Assembly: GCA_965226055.1 (NCBI GenBank)
Contig: CBDDCA010000005.1
Coordinates: forward strand, 512,001 to 576,000
Direction of reading: 5' to 3'
Source of the DNA: Spirochaetia bacterium
GTDB lineage: Bacteria > Spirochaetota > Spirochaetia > WTKD01 > G963693115
DNA: 64,000 nt
The notes beneath the pieces were generated by a model. The model did not search any database. It saw nothing but the letters and a program-made list of their open reading frames with translations, and was not told the origin of the DNA. The translations under genes and the position numbers were made by a program. Below, piece after piece: positions 53,753 through 63,311 of the stretch (positions are counted from its first letter, which is position 1; every line of letters begins with the position of its first letter).

Positions 53753-54850
53753 TTAACAAAAACATACGGGCTTTCTTATCCCTGTATACTTTTGTTCTAG
53801 TATGATAGTATCGCCCTGTATTGAAAATAGAGCTACTGTATCATCATCCTGATGAGCTACAACAAGTACTGTATAGGTATTATTTTCATCTTGATATATC
53901 TTAAAATGTCTCGGAGTCTTGCCTTCAACAGAGACTGTGCGTACAAAATTCAATGTAGTATCCTTTTCTACTCTGTATATTGAGAGAGAATCATCCCCAC
54001 GGTTTGCCATATACACATACCCATCATGATATGCAATTTCTGATGCAGAAGTTCTTGGATACGGAAACTCTTCATGAGAAAACGTTTTTACATCTTGGGT
54101 AAAACGCAATGTTGCATCACTATGAGAGGCTTCATATGCGTACACACTCACAGATGAGGATAATTCACATGATACATACAGATATGTTCCTGTAGTATCC
54201 CATGCCATATGTCTTGGACCATTTCCTTTTGGTACTGCTATTGTATGTACAAACGTGAGTGGGGGCTCATTACTCAATGATGTGCGTATCCTATATTGAT
54301 AGATACAATCACATCCTAAATCACTTACAAAAAGATATTTTCCATCTTTAGAACTTATCGATGCATGTATGTGTGGCTTTTCTTGACGTTCAGGGTGTAC
54401 GCTACTTCCTGTGTAAGAGACTGTCTGCACAAGGCTTTGTACTTTGCCTTTTTCATTTAATGAAAATACTGATATATTTCCATTGTTACGAGGACTAACT
54501 GCACTTCCATAATGAGAGACAAAAAGATATCTTTCATTGTTTGATAACGATATATGACAGGCATTGTCTCCTTCTGTTGAAAATACTGAATGTGTCACAT
54601 ATTGTTCTTTTTCTTTTTTAAGGCATACAATAGCACTGTATGTTTCATGTTCATCCATAGACATTTCATTTACTGTATACAAGTATTCTTTCGTACTATG
54701 TTGTATGAGAAACGATGGGTTTTTTCCTGCTTTTATAGACAATGTAAATGATACATTTTTTTGCTGTACATCAAGCTCTCCTTTATAGACAGAGCATGAT
54801 CCTTTATCTATATAGGTTCCTATAAATATCTCTTTTACAATATGTTGCAT
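53753..54850 (-). CDS. Lactonase, 7-bladed beta-propeller (6-phosphogluconolactonase/Pgl family)
   Basis: IGTY; RQEKPHIH; DLGCD; GNGPRH; ANRGDDS; GKTPRHF. Confidence 0.9.
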   Translation of the reverse strand: MQHIVKEIFIGTYIDKGSCSVYKGELDVQQKNVSFTLSIKAGKNPSFLIQHSTKEYLYTVNEMSMDEHETYSAIVCLKKEKEQYVTHSVFSTEGDNACHISLSNNERYLFVSHYGSAVSPRNNGNISVFSLNEKGKVQSLVQTVSYTGSSVHPERQEKPHIHASISSKDGKYLFVSDLGCDCIYQYRIRTSLSNEPPLTFVHTIAVPKGNGPRHMAWDTTGTYLYVSCELSSSVSVYAYEASHSDATLRFTQDVKTFSHEEFPYPRTSASEIAYHDGYVYMANRGDDSLSIYRVEKDTTLNFVRTVSVEGKTPRHFKIYQDENNTYTVLVVAHQDDDTVALFSIQGDTIILEQKYTGIRKPVCFC

Positions 54851-54890
54851 ACTACTTATCTCTTGATGTGTTACATATTACTATACACTT

Positions 54891-55724
54891 TCATTGCGTA
54901 CCCTGAGATAATAAACGGTCTTTCATAGATTGCATAGCAGGAGTGATACCATAGGGTAACAATCCTTTAGAAAGCCCTCCATCTATATACATTGTTTCCC
55001 CTGTCATATACGAAGACATATCAGACGCTAAATATACACAGGTTGAAAACACTTCTTTTACATCGCCTATTTTTCCACTTCCTATCCAAGAACAAAGCTT
55101 TCCGTACCCAATCTCTTCTATTGTAGGCTTATTCATATCAGTCAAAATCGCTCCTGGAGCAACTGCATTTACCCGTATGGTATATGGAGCCCATTCCATT
55201 GCCAAGACCTTAGTAAACATATGCATAGCGGCCTTTGACATACAGTATGCTATATTATTAGAATACGGAAGTAATTGATGTACCGATGAAATATTTATAA
55301 CTGAAGCAGCAGCATTTTTCTCTATAATAGGAAATAGTCCTTTGGCAAGCTGAAGAGGACTTCTTACATTGACATGCTGCACTTTGTCATAGTCTTCCAT
55401 AGCCAATTCTTCACATGGACTCATTGCATCAATACCTGCATTGTTAATTAAAACATGCAGAGTAATATCCATAGCAAGAAGCTCTGCTATGATATACTCT
55501 ACTTCTTCATGTACAGAAAGATCTGCCACGATAAAAGGACATCCAAGCTCTTCTGCAAGTTCTTGTACTAACTGTGGTTCTTTTCCATGTATGATAACAT
55601 TTGCTCCTAGCTCAGTAAAGCCTTTTGCTAGTGCTTTGCCTATTCCTTTTGATGAGCCAGTTATAAAGATATTCTTATTCTTAAAATGCACAGAAAACAC
55701 ATTTTTTTCTATTGTATAATTCAT
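54891..55724 (-). CDS. Short-chain dehydrogenase (glucose-1-dehydrogenase-like)
   Basis: TGSSKGIG; NNAG; NISSVH; YCMSK; VAPGAILT. Confidence 0.9.
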   Translation of the reverse strand: MNYTIEKNVFSVHFKNKNIFITGSSKGIGKALAKGFTELGANVIIHGKEPQLVQELAEELGCPFIVADLSVHEEVEYIIAELLAMDITLHVLINNAGIDAMSPCEELAMEDYDKVQHVNVRSPLQLAKGLFPIIEKNAAASVINISSVHQLLPYSNNIAYCMSKAAMHMFTKVLAMEWAPYTIRVNAVAPGAILTDMNKPTIEEIGYGKLCSWIGSGKIGDVKEVFSTCVYLASDMSSYMTGETMYIDGGLSKGLLPYGITPAMQSMKDRLLSQGTQ

Positions 55725-55746
55725 ATTACATTCCTTTCTTTCTATT

Positions 55747-56715
55747 TTACGAAATTACTGCTTTTCTATTTATTTCGTTTAGTAACACTGCAATTAAAAT
55801 AATAGAGCCACGCACAACATATTGCCAGTATTCATTGATATTGAGTAATGTCATTCCATTAAACATCACTCCCAGAAACAATACTCCTATAAAAGTACCC
55901 CATACTTTTCCTACACCACCAAACAAACTCGTACCTCCAATAATAACGGAAGCAATAACATCCAGCTCCCATCCTCGTGCTGTTCCTGCATTTCCAGACA
56001 AAATTTGTGAGCTTACAAGAATGCCACTAAATGCTGCAAGTGTCGAAGTGATAACAAATATCTGCGTTTTTATCTTCCATATCTTTATCCCTGAAACACG
56101 TGCAGATTTAATATTACCTCCCACTGCATATATAGATCGTCCAAACACGGTGTAATTCAACAGAAAATGAATAATAATAAGTATTACTATAAATATAATT
56201 GCAGGAAACGGCACTCCCAATACACGACCACTTCCTAAAAATCCAAACCAATGCGGGTATGGAGCAATAGGAAACCCTCCTGTAACTAAATTTGCAAAAC
56301 CAAAAAGAATGGTCAATAACGCTAGTGAAATAATAAATGACGGTATATTATATTTCTTTCTTATGTACCCCATAAATAACCCTTGTAGGACACCAAAGAG
56401 CAGTACAATGGCAATGGCAAGTACTACCGAAAAAACATCTCCAAGCACATCTCTTGTCATCTGTACAATAAATGCACATAAGCAACCTGCAAAAGCAACC
56501 ACAGAGCCAATGGAAAGATCAATTTCTCCCGATATGATTACCATAGTCATGCCAAATGCTATTATGCCCTGTGTTGAAACATTTCGTAATACATTAAAAA
56601 AGTTCCCAAAACTAAAAAAACCGGGAGCAGTAAACGATAAAAAAATAATCAATACCAATAAAATAATTTCTAAGGTAAAGTGTCTCACATGAGATACATT
56701 AAAATGCTTGTTCAT
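55747..56715 (-). CDS. Monosaccharide ABC permease (RbsC-like)
   Basis: GEIDLSIGS; FGRSIYAVGGN; ELDVIASVIIGGTS. Confidence 0.92.
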   Translation of the reverse strand: MNKHFNVSHVRHFTLEIILLVLIIFLSFTAPGFFSFGNFFNVLRNVSTQGIIAFGMTMVIISGEIDLSIGSVVAFAGCLCAFIVQMTRDVLGDVFSVVLAIAIVLLFGVLQGLFMGYIRKKYNIPSFIISLALLTILFGFANLVTGGFPIAPYPHWFGFLGSGRVLGVPFPAIIFIVILIIIHFLLNYTVFGRSIYAVGGNIKSARVSGIKIWKIKTQIFVITSTLAAFSGILVSSQILSGNAGTARGWELDVIASVIIGGTSLFGGVGKVWGTFIGVLFLGVMFNGMTLLNINEYWQYVVRGSIILIAVLLNEINRKAVIS

Positions 56716-56725
56716 ATATTCCTCT

Positions 56726-58252
56726 TTAATTTGTCATACATTTTTCATATAATTGATTGATAGTAATATCACCTGGATACACTTCTTCTGATATTACCCC
56801 ATCTCGCAACACTAATATTCTATCGCATACTTCATGAAGTTCCTCTAATTCTGAAGATACCATAATAGTGGACACTCCTTTCTTTTTTTGTTCCCATATA
56901 ATAGAAAATATCTGCTGTTTCGCTTCTACATCTATGCCTCGTGATGGTTCATCAAAAAGCATAATACGTGGTTCTGCATTAAGCCAATTTCCTACCACAA
57001 CTTTTTGTTGGTTTCCTCCACTCAATGTAGATACAGGATACTCGCTACTTGATAATTTTATCGACAGTGTAGTGATTTGATTTAAAACAAAGGGTTGTTC
57101 TCTTTTTTTTGTTATGAAATATTTTTTATATGATATTTTGTCTTCCATAGCGGCATGAATAAGATTTCTATGCGAACTTAAAAGCTGTACAAGACCTTCT
57201 TCTTTTCTGTCTTCTGATACAAAACTTAGCCCTAGCTGTTTCATGTAAGCAGGGCTAATATTGTTTCTTTCTTCTCCAAATACTGTGATTGTTCCTGAAT
57301 GAAAGGTATCTAGCCCATAAATGCTTCGCATAATTTCAGTCCTTCCTGATCCTAGTAATCCTGCAATGCCTAGCACCTCACTATCATACAAAGAAAAGCT
57401 CACTCCTTTCAATATGGGATATCGTACCATATCTTTGACTTTCAATACAATTTTTTTGTTTGTACTATTGTTTTCAATATGGTTTGTATCATGCACAGAA
57501 AGTCTTTCTTTTGTTAAAGCAGTTACTTTTCCAAACATCATTTTCAAAACTTCTTTGTGTGTCGCTTGTTTTATAGAAAGCGATCCTATGAAATCTCCGT
57601 CACGCAATACATTTACTGTGTCTGCTATTTGTGATAATTCCTGTAATCTATGAGAAATATAAATCATAGTTACTCCATGAGTTTTTAAGTTTTTCATGAT
57701 AGAAAAAAGTTTATCTACTTCTTGCAACGCTAAGGCACTTGTTGGTTCATCTAAAATAAGCAATGAAGGATTATGCACAAGTGCTTTTGCTATTTCTACT
57801 TGCTGTTTCTGTCCTATACTGAGCGAAGAAACTACTGCTCTTGGCGGTATGTGTATCCCAATTTTGTCCAGTATACTTGATGCGGCTGACTCTGTTGCTT
57901 TCCAATCTATCGTACCCCAAAACTTTTTTACCTTAAAATCACCTAAAAAAATATTTTCAGCCACCGTTAATGATGAAACAAGACTCAACTCCTGATGTAC
58001 TACCGATATTCCTTGTTTTTGAGCTTCTTGCGGTGTCTTAAAATACACTTCTTTCCCTTGCAAATAAAGAGAGCCACCTGTTGCTTCAGTAATGCCTGCT
58101 ATAATATTTGCAAAGGTGCTTTTTCCTGAACCATTTTTTCCGAGCAAAGCATGTATTTTGCCTTGCTCAAAACTACAACTAATGGTATTTAAGGCTACCG
58201 TTCCAGGATACTCTTTTCTTATGTTTGTTACTGCTAAAAAAGTATCACTCAT
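56726..58252 (-). CDS. Monosaccharide ABC ATPase (RbsA-like)
   Basis: GKNGSGKS; LDEPT; LSGGNQQK; FDEPSRGIDV. Confidence 0.93.
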   Translation of the reverse strand: MSDTFLAVTNIRKEYPGTVALNTISCSFEQGKIHALLGKNGSGKSTFANIIAGITEATGGSLYLQGKEVYFKTPQEAQKQGISVVHQELSLVSSLTVAENIFLGDFKVKKFWGTIDWKATESAASSILDKIGIHIPPRAVVSSLSIGQKQQVEIAKALVHNPSLLILDEPTSALALQEVDKLFSIMKNLKTHGVTMIYISHRLQELSQIADTVNVLRDGDFIGSLSIKQATHKEVLKMMFGKVTALTKERLSVHDTNHIENNSTNKKIVLKVKDMVRYPILKGVSFSLYDSEVLGIAGLLGSGRTEIMRSIYGLDTFHSGTITVFGEERNNISPAYMKQLGLSFVSEDRKEEGLVQLLSSHRNLIHAAMEDKISYKKYFITKKREQPFVLNQITTLSIKLSSSEYPVSTLSGGNQQKVVVGNWLNAEPRIMLFDEPSRGIDVEAKQQIFSIIWEQKKKGVSTIMVSSELEELHEVCDRILVLRDGVISEEVYPGDITINQLYEKCMTN

Positions 58253-58255
58253 ATA

Positions 58256-59224
58256 CTATTGATATGATTGTAAGTCTGCCTGATATTGTTTTATTCCTGC
58301 TGGATCATCTCTTGAAAGCAAGTAAGGAGCAACCTCAATTTTCTCTTCCACTGGTTCTCCACTTAGACTCTTAATTGCTGTTTCTGCTGCTATTTTTCCA
58401 ATAGTAAACGCATCCTGTGCTACAGAAAATTGTAACACATTATCTTCTGCAAGCAACATTTGAGCAACTTGATCACTTCCTGCAACTCCAAATACAAATA
58501 CTTTCCCCTCTAGTCCTGCATTCCTTACTGCTTGTACTGCCCCTATCAGCCCCCCATCGTTTGCTGCTCCAATAATATTGATATTTGGATTAGCGGTTAG
58601 CATATCACCTACTACTCGCACTGCCATTTCTGCAAGCCAAGCATCCTGTTCTGCTACTAAATCATAGTTTTGCATATCTTTAATTTGATCCAAGAAACCA
58701 CTTGTTCTCGCTTCTGCAGACTCTGCTAACTGTGATCGATAACTTACAGTTGCAACATATAGCTCTTGTCCTGCCATATTTTTTTCTATAAACTCTCGTG
58801 CTGCTACCCCACTTGCTTTTCCTACACTTGGATCACTTGTACCTACATGGGATACAGCAGGCACTCCTGCATAGGTATTAAAATATACAATTTTGATACC
58901 TGCATCAGCTGCCCTTTGTAATGCTGCATCTGATGTTCCTTCATTTCCAATAGGGGTAATAACAATAGCATCCACCTTTCTTGCAATATAGGTATCAATA
59001 AGACTTGCTTCCTTGTCAATTTTATTGTCAGAATTACCTAGTAATACCGTCACATTATGTTCTTTCCCTGCTGCCTGCATTCCTAACTGTACTGTCTTCA
59101 TAAACAAATCGTTTTGAAAAACAATACCTGCAATCGTAAAAGAATCATCATCTCCTCCTCCTCTTGCAAAACCACTTATAGCTACTATGATCATAAAACA
59201 TACAATCAATACATTCTTTTTCAT
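58256..59224 (-). CDS. Monosaccharide ABC substrate-binding protein
   Basis: GGAGG RBS before ATG 59224; signal peptide; VDAIVITP; AANDGG (Peripla_BP_4-like). Confidence 0.88.
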   Translation of the reverse strand: MKKNVLIVCFMIIVAISGFARGGGDDDSFTIAGIVFQNDLFMKTVQLGMQAAGKEHNVTVLLGNSDNKIDKEASLIDTYIARKVDAIVITPIGNEGTSDAALQRAADAGIKIVYFNTYAGVPAVSHVGTSDPSVGKASGVAAREFIEKNMAGQELYVATVSYRSQLAESAEARTSGFLDQIKDMQNYDLVAEQDAWLAEMAVRVVGDMLTANPNINIIGAANDGGLIGAVQAVRNAGLEGKVFVFGVAGSDQVAQMLLAEDNVLQFSVAQDAFTIGKIAAETAIKSLSGEPVEEKIEVAPYLLSRDDPAGIKQYQADLQSYQ

Positions 59225-59264
59225 ATTTACCTCCAATAAATACTTTAATATGTTATTTAATAAT

Positions 59265-59293
59265 AGTATAAGAGAATTACATATACATGTCAA
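59265..59293 (-). promoter_or_regulatory. sigma70 promoter of the sugar ABC operon
   Basis: TTGACA-17-TATACT. Confidence 0.65.
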
Positions 59294-59390
59294 ACATGCT
59301 CATCCGCAATGAGTAATATGCACATGAGTATATAAAGTTATTTTTTATTGTAAGCATACCTGTATCCCTTTACTTTTTTAGAGCTTTACC

Positions 59391-59419
59391 AAGGATATAT
59401 ACAAAATAGTAAAACTACA
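59391..59419 (+). mobile_element. Orphan IS right-end relic
   Basis: aaggatatatacaaaatagtaaaactaca is 24/29 identical to the IS right end aagggttcatacgaaatagtaaaactcca. Confidence 0.6.
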
Positions 59420-59474
59420 TCCTCTTACTTTTTTATATTTACATTCAATCTATAATATCCTATACTATTAAAGC

Positions 59475-60158
59475 ATGGAACGAATAGAAAATATCAACTA
59501 TAATGATGCACTTATATTAAAAATAGGTAGATTTTTAATATATTATATTATATATAATATTCCAGTACTAGTATTAAAATTAAATATATTAGAACCTTTT
59601 ATAATTAACGCAAAATATTCTGCAGGGATTATTTTAATGATAGGAATATTTATTATATCGATTCTTTATTCTCTATATTTTTTTATAAAAGAAACGATAG
59701 CTAAAGGTGCAAAAATTATTAAAATAATACTTTCAATAATTTTGGTAATAATTTTATTAATGATTTTTTTTGCAACTGCTTTGATACCTGTAGTGGGCTG
59801 GATTATCTCAATACTCCCAGCTATATTGCTTATCATTAAAATTATTAAACTATTTCAAAATTTTATAAATATCATTACAATGTTACCTTATGTAGTTTTA
59901 TCTATATTGTTATATTTTTGTTTACTTTTACAAGATATACATAATATAAACACAGATTGGCCTATAACAACTGTTGCATTAGTTAGTTTAGCTATATATG
60001 AATTTATATCCTTGATAATCTCAATTAAATTTAGTAAATATTCTTTAAAATATGGATTTCTTAGAATAAGTTTTATTAATATAGTTTCCATAATTATTGT
60101 AATTCAGTTAATTAAACTCATTTTTAGTTTTATAAAACCTTGGGAAAATGCCTCTTAA
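59475..60158 (+). CDS. Hypothetical multi-TM membrane protein, extremely AT-rich
   Basis: 227-aa Ile/Leu-rich ORF with an IPVVGWI motif. Confidence 0.55.
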   Translation: MERIENINYNDALILKIGRFLIYYIIYNIPVLVLKLNILEPFIINAKYSAGIILMIGIFIISILYSLYFFIKETIAKGAKIIKIILSIILVIILLMIFFATALIPVVGWIISILPAILLIIKIIKLFQNFINIITMLPYVVLSILLYFCLLLQDIHNINTDWPITTVALVSLAIYEFISLIISIKFSKYSLKYGFLRISFINIVSIIIVIQLIKLIFSFIKPWENAS

Positions 60159-60348
60159 TTACTAACCGAATAATAAATACCAATAATTTTCTTTTACTAT
60201 CAATGATTACTTATAAGTAAAAAAGACAACAGCAAAAACAAAAATTAGCTTGGCATACACTATCTTTTTCTCACTTACTCCTGAAGTTTTATAAAACAAT
60301 ACTGCTTTATTGCTATTTTAAGGCCATACTACTACTATAAGTATAGGC

Positions 60349-61437
60349 TTGTATATGAATATAGGATTTGGATTATATTATCACATGTTACATGATACAT
60401 ACTTTAAGTTTGCAAAACAATGCGGAGCTACTCACATTGTAGTGCATCTTACCGATTATTTTTATCAAGGTACGCAACAAGATGATAATCAACCTGTTGG
60501 CAATAACGATGGATGGGGAACAGGAGGTAGTAATCCACATGTATGGGAATACGAATATTTAGTAGCACTAAAAGAAACGCTTGCTCGTTATGACTTACAG
60601 CTAGAAGCAATAGAGAATTTCGATCCTGTTGATTGGTATGCTGTACTTTTAGATTTACCGCAAAAACATACACAGATGGATCGTCTCAAGCAGATTATTA
60701 GAAATGTAGGAAAAGCAAGCATTCCTCTCTTTGGATACAACTTTAGCTTAGCAGGAGTGAGTAGTAGATACATACAAGATATAGCAAGAGGGGGGGCAAA
60801 GAGCGTAGGAATGAATAGCATAGATGACTCTCCTATCCCAAAAGGAATGATATGGAATATGATATATGATAGGCAAGCGTTAGGCACTGGGTATCATCCT
60901 CGTATAGAACAAGAGGAGTTATGGGAACGACTAACCTGGTTTCTCAACGAGCTTGTCCCTGTAGCAGAAGAGAGCAATGTATGTCTTGCGGCACATCCAG
61001 ATGATCCTCCCGTAGAACGAGTGCGACAGCAACCACGTTTGGTGCATAAAGCAGGGCAATATCAGCGTTTGCTTGATATAAAGAAAAGTGCTAGTAATAT
61101 ACTAGAGTGTTGTTTAGGAACATTACAGGAAATGTCAGATATGCGTGACAGATCAGGAAAGCAGAGAGAGATATACTATTGGATAGAACATTATGTTTCA
61201 CAAAATGCAATAGGCTATATACATTTTAGAAATGTAAAAGGAAAAGCCCCTCACTATGTAGAAACTTTTATTGATGAAGGTGATATTGATATGAGAAAGA
61301 TATTATCAATATTAAGACAATATAATTATAATGGGATACTTATTCCAGATCATACTCCACAGATGACCTGTGATGCTCCGTGGCATGCAGGCATGGCATA
61401 TGCAGTAGGGTATATCAAGGCTTTGTTAGAAGCATAG
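60349..61437 (+). CDS. uxuA: Mannonate dehydratase (UxuA family)
   Basis: GYNF; LAAHPDDPP; IHFRNVKG; ETFIDEGD; IPDHTP; YAVGYIKAL. An alternative ATG lies at 60355. Confidence 0.85.
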   Translation: MYMNIGFGLYYHMLHDTYFKFAKQCGATHIVVHLTDYFYQGTQQDDNQPVGNNDGWGTGGSNPHVWEYEYLVALKETLARYDLQLEAIENFDPVDWYAVLLDLPQKHTQMDRLKQIIRNVGKASIPLFGYNFSLAGVSSRYIQDIARGGAKSVGMNSIDDSPIPKGMIWNMIYDRQALGTGYHPRIEQEELWERLTWFLNELVPVAEESNVCLAAHPDDPPVERVRQQPRLVHKAGQYQRLLDIKKSASNILECCLGTLQEMSDMRDRSGKQREIYYWIEHYVSQNAIGYIHFRNVKGKAPHYVETFIDEGDIDMRKILSILRQYNYNGILIPDHTPQMTCDAPWHAGMAYAVGYIKALLEA

Positions 61438-61453
61438 AAAAAAAGGAGATCGT

Positions 61454-62131
61454 ATGCACAACGAAACTATTGAATGGAACAACGATACTGAACTGTTTGC
61501 ACTTATAAAGAAATATCTTTATACTCCAGTAGTAGGAGATATACTTGATACATATGAATGTTTTCATCAATTTTTACCACCAACTATTCGTCCTCTATTG
61601 CCAGAGATGAAAGTGGTAGGACGAGCTATGCCAGTACTTATGATGGATGTGTACGGAACACAAGAAAAGCCTTTCGGAAAAATGATGGAAGCACTTGATG
61701 ATATTCAAGAAGGCGAAGTTTATATTGCAAGTGGCACATATCATCGATGTGCTAACTGGGGAGAAATAATGACTGCTGCAGCTCTTGCACGTAAATCTAC
61801 AGGAGCAGTGGTATATGGGTATCACCGTGATACCCCACAAGTGCTAGAACAAAATTTTCCTGTCTTTAGCTGTGGAGCATATGCACAAGACTCATCTCCC
61901 AGAATGAAAGTAGTCGATTTTAGAGTTCCCATAGAAATGGAAGCAGTATCTATTAAAGAGGGAGATATTGTCTTTGGAGACATAGACGGAGTGCTGATTA
62001 TTCCAAAAGCATGGGAAAAGGATATCATTAGCCGTGCGCTTGAAAAAGCCCGAGCAGAAAAAGTAGTACGCAGAGAAATAGAGGAAGGCAACACAGTAGC
62101 AGCTACCTTTCATAAATACGGTATATTGTAG
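61454..62131 (+). CDS. RraA-family protein (HMG/CHA aldolase-like)
   Basis: VVGRA; ANWGEIMT; GYHRD; [15 protein letters not shown]. Confidence 0.85.
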   Translation: MHNETIEWNNDTELFALIKKYLYTPVVGDILDTYECFHQFLPPTIRPLLPEMKVVGRAMPVLMMDVYGTQEKPFGKMMEALDDIQEGEVYIASGTYHRCANWGEIMTAAALARKSTGAVVYGYHRDTPQVLEQNFPVFSCGAYAQDSSPRMKVVDFRVPIEMEAVSIKEGDIVFGDIDGVLIIPKAWEKDIISRALEKARAEKVVRREIEEGNTVAATFHKYGIL

Positions 62132-62188
62132 TACACTACTCAAAAAAATAGCGAGATAAAAACAATATGAATGAAAGATTATGTATTA

Positions 62189-62920
62189 TTAGGATAGAGG
62201 ATATGGGGTTTTATATGTTTTATTATCCACCTTTATCATATCAGGCATAATACTCTTCTCCATATGTATGGGCATTATTGGTTTTTGTGTTATTCTCCCT
62301 TGATATTTTTTTACTAATTCTGCATAATAACGACTCTCTTTTCCAAGACATCCCAACGGAAAAAGTACTAATACTTTTACTTTTGATTTTTCTAAAATAT
62401 TTGTAAAAACAGGATAAAAATCTGTATCATTGCTGACAATTATTATTAAATCAGGACTTTCAATGTGTAAGTCAGATATTACATTTACTCCTAGAGCGAC
62501 ATCCGTTCCTTTTTCTTCATAAGTTACAATTTTTTCATCACATTTTTTACATTTATCAATTTTTTCACCACATTTTTTACATTTAAATTGTTTTTTTTTG
62601 CGTAAGAAATTACCGTTAATCACCGTTACTTTACAGTATCTTTCCAATACTTCCATATATTGTGTATGACGCTCTTGTTGTCCTTTATCCCTATGTTTTG
62701 GAAAAGCAGTAAAAAATTTTATATTTATACAATTATACTCTTTCAAAATAAGTAAAGAAATTAATTTTGGGATATTACACCATTTTAATGTATTCTTTTC
62801 GTATTCTCTAATATGACACATACAAGATTTAGAAGCCTTATCTTTTTCATATTCACTTTTTATATAAGTTTTAAGATAATGATAAAGATTAAATCCGTCT
62901 ATATACGCAAAAGCCTTCAT
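62189..62920 (-). CDS. NYN/LabA-DUF88 (PIN-like) domain nuclease with CxxC-CxxC insert
   Basis: YIDGFNLY; EEKGTDV; VSNDTDF; CKKC...CKKC. Confidence 0.85.
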   Translation of the reverse strand: MKAFAYIDGFNLYHYLKTYIKSEYEKDKASKSCMCHIREYEKNTLKWCNIPKLISLLILKEYNCINIKFFTAFPKHRDKGQQERHTQYMEVLERYCKVTVINGNFLRKKKQFKCKKCGEKIDKCKKCDEKIVTYEEKGTDVALGVNVISDLHIESPDLIIIVSNDTDFYPVFTNILEKSKVKVLVLFPLGCLGKESRYYAELVKKYQGRITQKPIMPIHMEKSIMPDMIKVDNKTYKTPYPLS

Positions 62921-62952
62921 AAAAAAAATTGCCCCGTAGCATGCTACAGGGC
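62921..62952 (-). terminator. GC-rich hairpin + U8 tract abutting the NYN start codon
   Basis: Minus strand gccctgtagcatgctacggggc-aa-tttttttt-ATG; the U-G pair supports a minus-strand RNA. Confidence 0.7.
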
Positions 62953-62982
62953 GATGTATTTCTCATACAACAATCTGTAATT

Positions 62983-63012
62983 ATAATACATCAATTTTAC
63001 ACTTTTTGTCAA
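62983..63012 (-). promoter_or_regulatory. sigma70 promoter for the NYN leader
   Basis: TTGACA-18-TATTAT, with an overlapping TATAAT 3 bp further on. Confidence 0.55.
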
Positions 63013-63015
63013 GCA

Positions 63016-63046
63016 TTTTTTGGAGTTTTTTTGGAGTTTTTTTGGA
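63016..63046 (+). repeat. Short tandem repeat, ~3 x 11 bp (tttttttggag)
   Basis: ttttttggag-tttttttggag-tttttttgga. Confidence 0.7.
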
Positions 63047-63311
63047 ATTTTATCTACTCGTATACCTCCGATATTCATGGAACAACCGCAAAAGCATATT
63101 ACAACTGGACTGATATTCTTGCAAACACACACATTGGCATTTCTTTCTGAATTATCTCATTTTTCAGTTATCCATGCCAGCCCCTATTTGTTTAGTACAT
63201 TTTTGCAGAAATTTGAGAAAAAACGCAATCTCTTTGCCTAAGATATTGAAAATAATTTCATATTAGATTACAATACTAAATGTAAATTGATAAAAATAAC
63301 AAGGAGAAATT

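Noticed and set aside
60281-60297. tgaagttttataaaac as another IS-end relic
   Set aside because: The match to the IR is too short to distinguish from AT-rich background.
60790-60796. G7 run in uxuA as a contingency locus
   Set aside because: It is in frame and encodes the conserved RGGA motif of UxuA-family proteins.
62929-63241. Short ORFs (62929..63150, 62944..63132, 63020..63241) as a protein antitoxin for NYN
   Set aside because: No RBS or recognisable motif; they overlap the promoter, hairpin and T-tract repeats and look like chance ORFs.
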